Origin: Lingula anatina
Taxonomy: Eukaryota; Animalia; Brachiopoda
Length of the DNA: 64,000 bases
Direction: 5' to 3'
Assembly: GCA_051362555.1 (NCBI GenBank)
Contig: CM120641.1
Span: 3,472,001-3,536,000 of the forward strand
Translations under genes and position numbers: made by a program
Notes under the pieces: generated by a model
Database searches by the model: none
The model's input: only the letters and a program-made list of their open reading frames with translations
Told to the model about the DNA's origin: nothing
Shown here: positions 1 through 12,588 of the stretch, piece by piece
How positions within the stretch are numbered: the stretch's first letter is position 1
Layout of the letters: each line of letters opens with the position of its first letter

Positions 1-352
1 TCATACACGTATATCGTGTCCATATACATTTTATAGACTTAATTGTACACCCAACACAATGTTTACTATTTGTAGGAAGTAGACAGCATTGAGACATATA
101 GGGCACACTGGGAAGACTCTATTAACCAGTAACTGATGGTAACTGACAGGATTTCTTCCCAAAGTTAGCAAGACTACAGATGCTTTTTAAGTGCTTGGTC
201 CCTATATTTATTTGAGTTCTCCATATATTTGAATTAAATGCATGTCTCCTTATTTTATGTAAATTATTTATGATTTGGGCCATAGGGGTATAAATATATA
301 TAGATGTTTCATATTAAAATGCCTTAGATTTTAAGACAAATTAAGGCACTAA

Positions 353-568
353 GACTGCATTCCCAGAGATTTAGATCGATCCATCTGGATCGACCTAACT
401 CCCTGGGGGTTCACGCTAAATTGCTGTCAGTTGAGTGCACACCACAGTTAATTACCCCCTTACAGCTTTTAGTAGGCGGGATAGACATTTAAGCCTGTTA
501 AGCTGAAACCAATCTAGTAAGACTCCCCAGGGGGATAGATTGATCTAAATATCTATGGGAATGGGGTC
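353..568. mobile_element. MITE family A, copy 1 (PIF/Harbinger/Tourist-like)
   Basis: Imperfect terminal inverted repeats (GACTGCATTCCCAGAGATTTAGATCGATC ... GATTGATCTAAATATCTATGGGAATGGGGTC), flanked by TAA at 350-352 and 569-571. A colinear second copy lies at 6925-7139. Confidence 0.8.
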
Positions 569-877
569 TAAGAAATGTAAATTTTTATGATGGTTATATT
601 GTTTTATTATAAGCTATTTTATGAGGGGGCATAGGTCTGAAAGGCATGGGTTATCGGAATTTTAGTGTTTTATTTTGTCAAGTATTATTATGTTAAAATC
701 ATGGATGTTCAACAGGTTTGCTTATAGGACATTTAAGATAAACACTGAAAAATCCATCTTGAAAAGTAGACTTCCATAGTTTTAGGTAACATAATAAATT
801 TAAATTATCACCATATTTAATAATAACATGTTAGCATTTTGTGTAATTTCTAAGCTTGGTCAGCTGCTGCAGGGAGT

Positions 878-3800
878 ATGAAAAGATCAGTTGGACAGAT
901 CAAGGCAGTTCTGAAGAGTGAAAGACAGCAGTACAAGACTCGATGGCAATTTAGCACAGCACCTTGTCTGCTGCAGCAGTCAGCCATTTCTGGTCCTGCA
1001 CCTTCAGCAACAGGATTCAATAATTATGAAGAGGGAAGACAGAAGTTTCAACTGATTGTTCCTGAAAAATATAATTTTGCTCGAGATGTACTTGACCAGT
1101 GGTCTAGTAAAGCACAGGTTAGTTATGGGTTGTTTTACTTAAAGCCATATAATGTGCATGCTCTAAACCTTCATGTACCCATAGCAAAAAAAAAAAAAAA
1201 AAAATTTGCAGCTGATTTGTTGCTGAATTGCTCTCTTGTTTACTTGTAAATATTATAAGAAGGTTTTCTCCCAGAAAAGATGAATATAAATTGTGTTACA
1301 TTTTTTTTTAGTTTATAGATGTTGCTGGGGTCATTTTGATTAATTTTATTTTAGATATTTAGTAACTATATATTTACACTATTTCATTTGTAATTTTTTC
1401 TAGAAAATTACTATATATATATACATTCATTTGGATTAATTCATTGAACAATCGGTCAAAAAGCCTTGTGGTTTGTTATATACTGATAAATGCATTTCAT
1501 CATTAAAGAGTAATATATATCCTCTTTTTCTCTGATTGTTCTTCAGCACAGCGCCAGGACTGCCCTATGGTGGGTGGATGACTATGGACAGGAGTTCAAG
1601 TGGACATTTAAACACATGGAAATACTGTCCAAGAGGTATGTACGGATGCCAAGAGGTATGCATAGAAATCTTGTTCAGGAAAAGTTCTTTGTTTTTAAAG
1701 ATTGCATTCATTCATAATACATTAAGTCATGATGAATGCCAAATCATTCACATCATTATTGTGAACTTCATTGCTTTTACCTTTCAGAGAATTTTTATTC
1801 TAAGGGTACTGGTTGGATGGATTGGGGGGGGGGGGGGGGGGTGCTTATTTCACAGAGATTCTGTAGATTTATTTATATATTTATTCATTCAAATAATGTA
1901 TTCCCCATCAGGTTGGCTAATGGCATGTCTGTGAAATGTCAGTTGAAAGCGGGGGATAGAGTGATAGTTATCTTACCACGGCTACCAGAATGGTGGGTCA
2001 TCAACCTGGCTTGTATGAGGATAGGTATGTATAGAACTGAGAGAGAGAGAGGATATGTCACCTGTCAAGTTGGGGCCGTAGCAATAGTCTGAAGGTTCAA
2101 TAGGTAGAGGTATGTATAGAACTGAGAGAGAGAGAGGATATGTCACCTGTCAAGTTGGGGCCGTAGCAATAGTCTGAAGGTTCAATAGTCCAAATGTTCG
2201 TTGGCCTGAATGCTCACTATAGAACCTTTACACCAATGAATATTAAAAAACTGATGAAAATGCTATGATTATTCGGACCAATGAACCCTCAGGCTATCAA
2301 GACGCCCCTGTCAAGTTGTTGGATGTACATACATTTCAGCAGGTTTTCTGATAATTATTAAGTCACAAGTCAAACTAATGTCACACTACTTACCTCAGTT
2401 GTGAAAGTGATTGGTGACTTAGTAGGGTCTCATTCCCTATAAAACTGTTGTTCTACGTAGATCGATCCAACTTCATGGGGACTCTCGTTGAATGCGATCA
2501 GATTATCAGATAAATATTTCAGTGAGAGTCCCTGAGGAGTTGGATTGATCTATGTAGAATGATAGTTTCATTGGGAATCAGCCCTAGGGAACTTGTAGTC
2601 CAAGACTGGATCTCTGACTACACTGGGTACCATCATGGTGGAATGTGTAACGGTCAACAGAAGGCGTAAATCAGTATGAATTAATACTATACAAAGTTGA
2701 TATTGTGATTAAACTTCAGAGTATGCTTCTGTTGAGAGCTAGCCTCAGTAGACCCATCCAATCTGAGACAGTTTTATAATATATTTATTCTTATGAAGTA
2801 TCGCTGCGCTAACAGCAAGTTCATTGAAACATGGAAATTCAAGGTAGCTAAGTAGACAAACCACTGAGTTTTTAAAAACAATGTTATGGATTACAATAGA
2901 ATATGATACTGTTTGAAACTTCAAAAAGTTCTTTAAGAATGTAATCCTGTTGTTCCAGGGCTAGTTCTGTGTCCAGGCACAGTGTTGCTGACCCCTAAAG
3001 ACATCATGCAGAGGATCCAGGCCTCTGGCGCCAAGTGTATCATCACTGATGAGGCAGGTGCAACGGAGGTGCAGAAGGTGGGACCATGTGTATTTTTGAG
3101 GGGTTCTATAAAACCAGTGCTTCTGTATTGAGTAGATTTATTCATTGTTTATCATGTGATTCACATTAGAATGTTATCTGAAAACAAAGTGTATTTGTAT
3201 GCAAATGGTAGAATATTTAATGAAAAGTAGATCGAAGAAGAAAGTTTCATAATACTTTTTATAGAAACCATCATTCCCTATTTTATGTACCTGTCTCAAG
3301 ACAGTGAATCATTTTTTGAAACCAGTAATTGTAATGGTAGAGTAATAAATTTCTCTGCATCAGTTTTTCATGTCAGTATGTCATCTCTTTCTCTGGTAAT
3401 ATCGCTGAAGAGGTCTTGTGAGGTCTTGCATATGAACAGAAAATAAACCTTTTCCTTTTTATATACCTCTTCATAACTTGAGATTTCTGTATCTAACTTT
3501 CAGATTGCTAGAGATTGCCCCACACTGAAGACTAAGGTTGTAGTTGGTGCAGAAAAAATAAGGTATATTTTTAATGAAATGTGCCCATGATGGATATAGG
3601 GGGAAATACTTTAAGTAAGGAATAAAAATAAACTACAGTAAAGCCCTGTGGATTTTAGAATAAGCAAATATAAATTATTTTCCTAAATAATTTTATAGTT
3701 TTTTTCCATTCATATGATTTTCAAACACAAAAGTAATTTATAAGTTTTCAAGATCACATATGTTCACTAGACTTAACCACATTAGATTTTAGAGGAATTC

Positions 3801-6800
3801 CTTGCCTTTTTTTAAACTGGTTCAAAATTGCAGTTTTTGCACAGTGGTAGCTTTATGATTTTGCAAGGAGTTAAAATACCTTTGAAAAAAAATAGAGAAT
3901 ATTTAATAAAAAATGCTCTGGTACTGCCCTGTAATTTCTGTGCATCTTTGCAGGCCAGGCTGGTTTGGTCTTAGTCATTTGATGGAAGGGGGCAGCACTG
4001 AACATAAGGTGGGTGTTGAATGTGTGTTCTTCTCTCACTTGCTGCTTAATGTGATGTTTAGCATGTTCATTTTGTTACCATAGGAAAATTGCTTCATCGG
4101 GTATTTTTTCAGATTCGGGTTTTTCCTATATAAAGCCTGGTTTAGGGTAATGATCCAGATCAGACAGTGGCTTGCCTCATATTTGGTTCATGTGATGGCT
4201 TTTATGTTTAGTCCTTTCCTTTTATATTTCATCTGTGGGTTTGCTTTGCACCATGTCCACAAGTAAACCAGCTTGTAGATGCAATTTTGAAAATATTTTA
4301 TCAGAAGGAGATTAATGATTTGTTCCTTTGCTTCAACTTTTTTTATCTAGAATATTACTTAGAACCAAATGAACCACACCTGAGTAACTTTGATTTTTAA
4401 TTTATTTAAAAATAATGAATCCATAGAATAATGTTGTGGCAATCTTACTTTTAAATCATGCATTTTTCTTGCTCCTACAGAGTACCCTATGTTTTATTAG
4501 CAGCCAGTTGCTTTTTAATTGCTTTGAATGTGTTGTCTCTTGTTTTCACCTCAGTGTATAGATAGTTTGAGTTCCGACCCCATGACTCTGTTCTTCACCA
4601 GTGGCACTACTGGTCTACCCAAAATGGTGGAACACACTCACGCCAGCTACGGGATGGCACATGTTATCACTGGAAAGTAAGCATGTATCAGATTTTTTTA
4701 ATGAGAATGAGCATTTACTAATAAAAGTGTAGAATGAGCATTTTAAGTACTATTTTTTTCTTATAATTTTTGACTGAGTAAAAATTAGTTGATGAGGTGT
4801 AGGTTATTGTCAGCATCTATTTTTCTTCTTGGTTGCTGGCTATACACCTGGTTCTGTTGATAATGAATTTAGAAAACAGTCAATTATTTTATGAAACAGA
4901 ATATTTAAATTGCTTTTCTATATTAAGATGTGAAAAATTTAGTGGAACATACTTCATTTATGCAACAGTTTTGAGTATATAAAATATTTTGCTTTGAAGT
5001 TTATCATAAAGTTTATATTTAATGTACATTGCTAATTATATTAAGCAGAACATAATCTTCTAAACATTTACACATCATTTTGAAAAATATTACAGAATTG
5101 CTTTAAGTTTTCAAATTATTATTATTTGAAATTTTTGTAGATACTGGCTGGACCTGACTCCAGAGGATATTCACTGGAACATGTCAGATACTGGGTGGGC
5201 CAAGTCTGCCTGGAGCAGCCTCTTCGCCCCCTGGATACAAGGTGCTTGCATTTTTGCACACCACAGTCCTAGTTTTGATGCAGAACAAACACTGCGGGTA
5301 AGTTTTCACTTGCTCTTGAGTAGAAATAATGTCAAAGACCAAGTTGGAATGTTACTGATATCTAAAAACTTTGTGTTGGGCTTTGTTTTTTTTTTTATGT
5401 ATGTTTTTTTAAAAATAAATATACATTGTAGATATATTTCTGAAGGAATCAGGGAATGAACATGAAATAAGACTCAATCTTAAAATATAATTATTTATTT
5501 AAAAATATCTTTTAAGAATCCAGGATTGTTTTCATATCTTTATCTCTAAAAACTCTTTCTCTAAGGATTATTAAACTACTACAAACTACTACAAAAGTTA
5601 CTGTTTGTGCTTTCAGATGGCTTTCTTGCTTTAAATCCCATGCTTTATAGCTTCAGTAGTAATCGTGCCTCCATTTCAATTCTTTACAGATGTTGGAGCA
5701 GTATCCCATATCAACATTTTGTACAGCACCCACAGCATATCGTATGTTTGCCCAGCAAGACTTGAAAGACCGAGAATTCAAGGCACTGAGACATTGCCTT
5801 AGTGCTGGGGAACCACTGGTATGACACTGTGGGCACTTGACAAACTAAACACAATCAGAGACATTGCAGGGGCAGATTTAGGCAGTCTTCTGGGTCTTCC
5901 GGAAGACGGTAAGATTTTTAAGTTTACATTGATGGGTATTTATTCCTTCTGTCGGTCAGATGGAAGATGGATCAACAAAGATAATTTGGAAGACTGTCAG
6001 AAAATATCTCTGGATCAGCCCCTGCACATACATACGTACAAAACAAGAAGCATTAGTTAAGACATGTCATACGTAACACACATGGTACAAATTAATCATG
6101 AGGAATAAGACTTTAGCAGTGTCATATTGAACATACTCATTGCATTTTACATCTTCAACATAAAACTTTTCACATGCTCCACACATCAGAGTGTTTACCT
6201 TAGTCAACATTTAACTTTTCATCTTCACATATTACACAATAATCACCATTCAAATCCATTCATCAGTGGAACGATAAGTTTATTGCCTAGTTAATGAGGG
6301 TGAGAACATTCAGGCAAAAATGGCTATGTTTTGATTGTTTAGTATATGTTTTAGCTGGTCATATCTTATATATTGACTTTTAAGTGTGGTGTATGCATGG
6401 TGATTTGAAAAATAGGGCAAGCACAACTTCTGCTTTTTGTATGTAAACATAAAGCTCCTTCAAAACAAAAGTTAGTGTATTCTATGCTGTAAGTTGGCTT
6501 CCCAAGGTGGAGATATTTTTGGTAGAGGGTGGAGGGAGGAGGAGGGAGTGAGAGGGGGTGGGGGAGGGGGGTTTCTTGACCTGTGCCAACCATTTGCAAA
6601 TGGATTAAAGGGATAACAACTGTTCATTTTGGCCAAAAATGAATTATCCAGGGGTAAAGGACAATTTTCCCATACTTACCATTGGTTAATGAATCCATTC
6701 CCTCATTCAAAAGAGTCCCTGTTTTTTTCTAAAAAGTTTGGTTTTTTGTAATATTCTCTTAAAAGATTTTTACAGAGTATAGCCATCTGTGGAGGTCACG

Positions 6801-9800
6801 TGATATGATGACAAGCACAAATTCCAGAATAATTGCATTTAACACTGTTTTAGTGGAAAAATGGAATTTATTATATTTCTGTATGCTGTTTACAATGCAT
6901 TTATTGTGAAATATGGATAACTTAGAGGGCATTTCCAGAGATTTAGATGGATCTTACTAGATCGACCTAACTCCCTGGGGGTTCACGCTAAATTGCAGTC
7001 AGCCGACCGCGCACGGAAGTTAATTACCCCCTTACAGCTTGTAGTAGGCCGGATGGACATTTAAGCCGGATTATCTGACAGTAATCTAGTGAGACTCCCC
7101 ACGGGAATAGATCGATCTAAAATCTATGGGAATGCGCCCTTACAAACAGTTGTTATCCCTTTAACTCTGATTTATTTTTAGAATCCAGAGGTGACAGAGG
7201 TGTGGGAGGAGCATACTAAACATACAATCAGAGAAGGTTATGGACAAACTGAAACAGTGAGTATACGTACATGTTGGACTTGAAAATGTGACATACTTTC
7301 ACTCTTGGCTGAAAAAAAATAATTTTGGCTACTTGATGTAAAGCATACAGTAAGTAGCGACTTCCTTTTGTTAGGTTGTGGCAATTAGCCATTCCTGCAC
7401 AAATTCCAACTCCTGCTGTTAATTGTATTGTATTCAATTTTCATGTCTGAAGCAAAGAGATATACTGCCAGGGTAATAATGTGAAATTTTTCCAGTCACT
7501 TATATTAATTGCCTTTGCTCAAGAATATTTTATCTTCATCCATATTACTTTTGATTTGATTAATTCTTTAGTTTTGTCCAGATCTAGCCCTTAGTACATG
7601 TAAAAACTTGTATATAGCATGTTTAGTAGTACAGGGGTGTGAGAGTCAATACAACCTTTTTCGTGTATATATTTTTTCTGCTTTTTTCTACTCATATGAT
7701 AAGCTTCTTAAACTTATATGATAATCTCTTTAGTATTGTGTATGTGTGTGTGTTGAATTAATACACAACTGTATGTTGCAGGTGCTGCTGTGTGGAAGTT
7801 TTAGATGTCTACAGAACAAACCGGGATCTATGGGAAAACCAGCCCCTGGTTATGACATCCAGGTCAGTGGAGGAGAGAAACTTTTTTTTTGGATGGGGAT
7901 GAAGGGAGGGGGGGATTCAATGATTTAGCCCAGAATTTAATTAAATAGTGTGACTGTAAGACCTGGACCAATTAAAGCAGTTCTAATGAGTGCATTCAGA
8001 AGGAGTTGATCAGGTTTTTATTATAATTATGTTATCGTGGATTATTGCTCAAGAACAAATGTACAGTAGGGAATGTACTAGAGCACCTCTCTATATAAGG
8101 CAAAGCTGGATCAACTGAGGAGGTAAAAAGGACCACTTTTTCACACAAAAAGTCTTGTAAATTATGTTTTCCTAAAATAATTTTGTCAATAATAAAGGGA
8201 TGGTATCAAAAGTTAGAAAAGTGAGTTGACTGCAAGTCAGAAGGTATGCTCTGTGAGATCCTGAAGATAATATAGTTTATTAAAATAAAATATTAGAGTA
8301 AATCAGCTGTTAGGAATTTTTGTGTAATTAACCACAAGTTTGAATACAGTCTTCTCTCCTTTGATGATTAAAGGGATAATAACTCTTCGTTTCGGCCAAA
8401 AAATGAATTTTCCTGGAGTAAACAACAATTTTCCCATACTTACCAATGGTTAATGAATCCATTTTTACATTCAAAGTTAGTCCCTGGTTTTTTTTCTAAA
8501 AAGTTTGTTTTTTTGTTAAAATCTCTTAAGAGATTTTAACAGAGTATAGCCATCAATGGAGGTCACGTGGTCTGAAGACAAGCTCAGATATCAGAATAAT
8601 AGCTATAACTGCTGTTTTTGTGGTAAAACAGAATATATTATATTTCTATGAGTTATTCACAATGTTTTTGTTGTGAAATATAGATCTCATACGAAGAGTT
8701 ATTATCCCTTTAACATTATGCTTGATGTATAAGGGAGCATTTACAACTAGTTGATCAGCAGACTAACTAGTCCATGGATCAAGTATGGTACGTGCAACCC
8801 ACTTAAAAACATGTGCCAATATTAAATTTCTCTGGCCCTGTTGAGAAGGCACACATGGGAGGCTGGTAATCCATTCCATTATTGTTAGGGGATAATGAGG
8901 CTTGCTTTCAAGTTCATGCCATATTTCATCCACAGACTAGTTAATGTATGGATCAACTGATTGTGAATGCTCCCTAAAACTGCATTTTATTCTATTATTT
9001 ATATGCCAGGTAATTGATCAGGAAGGGAACGAGTTGGAACCAGGCCAGGAGGGAAACATTGCTGTGAAATACAAGCCTGACAGGCCTGTTGGCCTCTTCA
9101 CTGGGTATCTGGTGAGTGAAAATTATTCCTGATAAAATAAAAATGCTCTACCTGAGCTGAATCCCTTAACACAGCTGTAGATGATCTTATCGTGAAAGAT
9201 GGAGACTAAATGTACTTAATTATAATTTTTACATTAATTCAGAAAAGTGAAGTAAAGAGCTCTTCTTTCTAAAATATTATTATTTTTTTGTTTCTGTACT
9301 CTTCCAACAGAGATTAATCAATTACACATGGTTAACAGATGATCTGATTATCAAGGAGGGGGTTGGTGGGGTGAATGTTCATGAAGTTGTCTAATCAAAT
9401 TTTATTGGAAAATAAATTTAATCATACTCACATTAATCAATTAACATGCTCTTGCACTTCAGTGATTCAGTGTAATACAAACGTGTATACCATTTTTATA
9501 CACAGACACTATATTTACTATATTTTTGCTTTACTTAAAATTTTATTAGATGTGTTTGGTAAAAATGCAGATTTCTGATGATAAGTTTTATTTATTTTTT
9601 GTATACATTTTTTAAATGTTTTTGCTGTTTGTTGTCTGTATATTTGTCAGCATTGTTGTTTAGTTAATAAAGTAATTTAGCGCTTAATATTTCTGGTAAA
9701 GTTTAGACTTCCATGTCTTCTTGTATATTTCAGAAAAAATATCAACATCGGGTGCTTTTATTTTCTGTTATATCATTTTCTAAATGAAAAAAGGTCTGAA

Positions 9801-12588
9801 AATTGGGGAAAATAAGTAGCTTTGTAGGATATGCAGACAAAGAATTATGACTTTGGGACATATATGTGCTTATATAAATTATAAAATTATACCAGTATGA
9901 ATGTTGTACACAGAGACTGTCATTTACAGAGTGATCTATCAAAATATACAGCAATAAGTAGTGAACCTCCCGTGGTATATATGAAATTGAATACCAGTGA
10001 CATATGTTATTCATCTTGGATAATCTCCATGTTACAATAAATTGCACATAAATTTCCTCAGTTGAGGGTTGGAGGTAAGGTTCCCTAGCAGAAGACTGTA
10101 ACCAGCTTGTATCAAGATTACATTCTTAGATTTCATTATTTCTCTTCAGGGAGCTTCAGTTTACAGTATACCAAGTGTTTTTTTTTTTTTTTTTTTTTTT
10201 GGCAGCAAAAAATAGATTTAAGAGTTGTATTTAAACCACATGGACAGATTACAGTAATAATTCAAATTTAGGCACATTTGTTAAAACAAACATTAGGCTC
10301 CCTTCTCTTAGGCCCCGTTAACATGACAAGTCTATTTTCTAAAAATCTATTTTCTATTCACGGTATATTGTAATCACGGTCCCTGTGCCCTGAATATCCT
10401 GCGGCGTAATTACTGACGGTGCGAGCCAGTTACTTCCAAAGCTGTAATTAATTCTTGGGATATACAGGGCACAGGGACCGTGATTACAAGATACCGCCAA
10501 TAGAAAATAGATTTTTAGAAAATAGACTTTCCATGTGAACGGAGTCTTATAGATACTTGCCACTTTGCTTGATTTATATGAACAGAATTTAAGTATACTT
10601 GGATTGTGGAAATTCCTAGTAGCATTATGAAGCACTGCCAATTATGTTCTGTATTTATTGCTACTATCATGAAGAAATAAATGAAAGTATGTGAGTGAGG
10701 TTGTCTTTTTGTTAATCCCATGTCACAAGTCCATGTCACAGATTGCGCCATACAATTATAGGAGAAAACTAGCAGTTACACTTTCATCAATTTTAGAACA
10801 AATGTTTATACAGTGGGGATACATAGAGTTCTGAGTCCTGACCATACCAAGAAAAAAATTTTAAATTGTGAGGCACAATTTTAGAAAATAAAGCACCTGA
10901 AACAGCTGCTACTTTTCCTTGACATAAACTGACATTTCTTTACATTTAGCAGTGCTTGTAACATTTTCCTTTTTTGTTCTATACTAATTATTACATGATA
11001 AAAAGCAATATTTCACTGTAATATAAAACAGTTTGATGGAACTTGCTCTCTGCTCTCAAATATGGATGTGCTGTGAGCTGTCTGAGAACCAGATGTCAGA
11101 TATTTTTCAATTCCATATTTTTCATGAAGGATGACGAGGAGCGCACCAGTGCAAGTTTTCATAGAGACTATTACTTGACTGGGGACAGAGCTTACTGTGA
11201 TGAGGAGGGGTACCTGTGGTTTGTTGGAAGGTCAGATGATGTCATCATATCAGCTGGGTAAGCACAGTTAAAGGTGTATTGGACACTTTCAACTAAGTCA
11301 TAGTTTTGACATATTAAATGTGCTCTGTTCAATGTGATGTCAAATTTTGTTTTTTATTTGGAAAGAACAACACATTGCTATTAAATACGAGAAGGCTGTT
11401 ACATCTCAGTTAAACTTTATTTGTCCTCAACTTAAAAATGGAATTCACATTATGTTAATTTATTAAGTATAGTGTATAATCAGTGGCCAAAAAAATTTTC
11501 TTGGGACTCATTTGATGAGTTCAAGCGATCAGTGTCTTTTTTTTTTTCAAAGAAGCAATAGGTTTACTGAACGTCTTCATTTACAGATACCGAATCGGAC
11601 CATTTTAGGTCATAAGTGCTCTTTTAGAGCACCCAGCTGTGGTAGTACTACTCCACCTTTAAGGAATCTTAGACTTCTTTGTTTATTGTGCTTCTTAATT
11701 TTTAGTTACCGTATTGGACCATTTGAGGTGGAAAGTGCTCTTATAGAGCACCCTGCTGTGGTGGAGTCCGCCGTGGTCAGCAGCCCAGATGAAACTAGAG
11801 GAGAGGTATGCTTTATTGTAGAATTTTTCTGCTTACTAACATGTACAAGCAAAAAAAATAAAAAGCAAATGCTTTGTGAATGAAAATGAAGGGGCTGATA
11901 ATTTGTTTTTCAAACTTGACAAAACATTATAAGTTTCAAGCAAGATGGAAATACTTCATATTATCTAAATGAGAGAATTCCACATAATGCAGCATTAAGG
12001 GGAATATCAGGCTAGTATTTTTTACTCGCACCCTCTTTTGGGTCTGTGTTCAAGTTTTTCTGTTTTTAAAATAAGAAATAATTGACAGCAACAAATGGTT
12101 TTGGATTTCAAATACGTTTTTCCAATCTGCTACTTAACGTCTGCTACTAATTGTTGTTGCCAGCCAGGTTTGAATTGTTCAAGGGATGAAATTTTGACAT
12201 GGTATATTTTCAGGTGGTAAAAGCATTTATTGTTCTCAGTGAAGCATATAAAACCATTGACAAAGATAACTTAACCAAGGAATTACAGGAACATGTGAAA
12301 AAGTCAACTGCTCCTTATAAATATCCCAGAAAGGTGAGTTTATATATATATTTTTTGAATTGGCATTTTACTGTTGTTTCCAGAAAGATCGGCTTTATGT
12401 TTAATATGTCGTATTGTAAACTTCTTTTAAAACAATATATTTCTTTGGGATGGGTGGTGGCTAGTTAGACAATTCATCAGTTACAAACTTTTTCTTAGGT
12501 GGAGTTTGTGGAACAGCTTCCTAAAACTGTGAGTGGCAAAATCCGAAGAGTGGAGCTAAGGGAAAAAGAACATTCAAAAGAAAAATGA
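878..12588 (+). CDS. ACSM3: Acyl-CoA synthetase, medium-chain (ACSM3/ACSM4-like), probably mitochondrial; 16 coding exons, about 592 aa
   Basis: Phase-consistent GT-AG exons: 878-1117, 1547-1635, 1912-2024, 2959-3077, 3504-3562, 3954-4008, 4555-4676, 5141-5297, 5690-5818, 7182-7256, 7782-7862, 9010-9111, 11130-11257, 11706-11805, 12214-12333, 12499-12588 (TGA). Motifs: [14 protein letters not shown]-binding [92 protein letters not shown]. Basic N-terminus resembles a mitochondrial presequence. Family call is firm; the paralog number is not. Confidence 0.92.
2023..2188 (+). repeat. Direct duplication of an 81-bp unit (2023-2103 and 2108-2188) containing the ACSM exon 3 donor
   Basis: AGGTATGTATAGAACTGAGAGAGAGAGAGGATATGTCACCTGTCAAGTTGGGGCCGTAGCAATAGTCTGAAGGTTCAATAG occurs twice, separated by GTAG. 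Confidence 0.9.
2157..2308. mobile_element. Short non-autonomous DNA transposon with 9-bp TSD (MULE-like)
   Basis: GGGG...CCCC termini with about 34-bp imperfect TIRs; TGTCAAGTT duplicated at 2148-2156 and 2309-2317. A related copy lies at 26577-26692. Confidence 0.7.
2426..2584. mobile_element. Fold-back MITE with TIR related to family A, TAG TSD
   Basis: Long imperfect palindrome: GGTCTCATTCCC...TTCTACGTAGATCGATCCAACTTC / GGAGTTGGATTGATCTATGTAGAA...GGGAATCAGCCC. TAG on both sides (2423-2425, 2585-2587). Confidence 0.7.
6609..7160. mobile_element. TTAA-target MITE family B, copy 1 (Kolobok/T2-like), interrupted by a family A MITE
   Basis: TTAA|AGGGATAACAACTGTT ... AACAGTTGTTATCCCT|TTAA. 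Body colinear with copies at 8372-8709 and 20212-20567. Confidence 0.85.
6925..7139. mobile_element. MITE family A, copy 2, nested in a family B element
   Basis: Highly similar to 353-568; TTA TSD at 6922-6924 and 7140-7142. Confidence 0.85.
8372..8709. mobile_element. TTAA-target MITE family B, copy 2 (uninterrupted)
   Basis: TTAA|AGGGATAATAACTCTTCGT ... ACGAAGAGTTATTATCCCT|TTAA; perfect 19-bp TIR. Confidence 0.88.
10311..10546. mobile_element. Harbinger-like fold-back MITE family C
   Basis: TTA TSD (10308-10310, 10547-10549). About 85-bp inverted arms: GGCCCCGTTAACATG..AAGTCTATTTTCTAAAAATCTATTTTCTATT..TGTAATCACGGTCCCTGTGCCCTG and its reverse complement. Confidence 0.82.
11587..11645 (+). 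pseudogene. Decayed partial duplicate of ACSM exon 14 (pseudo-exon)
   Basis: After the acceptor cttcatttacag it reads [18 protein letters not shown], versus [19 protein letters not shown] in the true exon at 11706. Confidence 0.8.

Noticed and set aside
7150-7181. CCCTTTAAC resembling a U12 branch site before ACSM exon 10
   Set aside because: The intron donor is GTATGAC, not the U12 GTATCCTT, and the motif is explained by the MITE terminus plus TTAA TSD.
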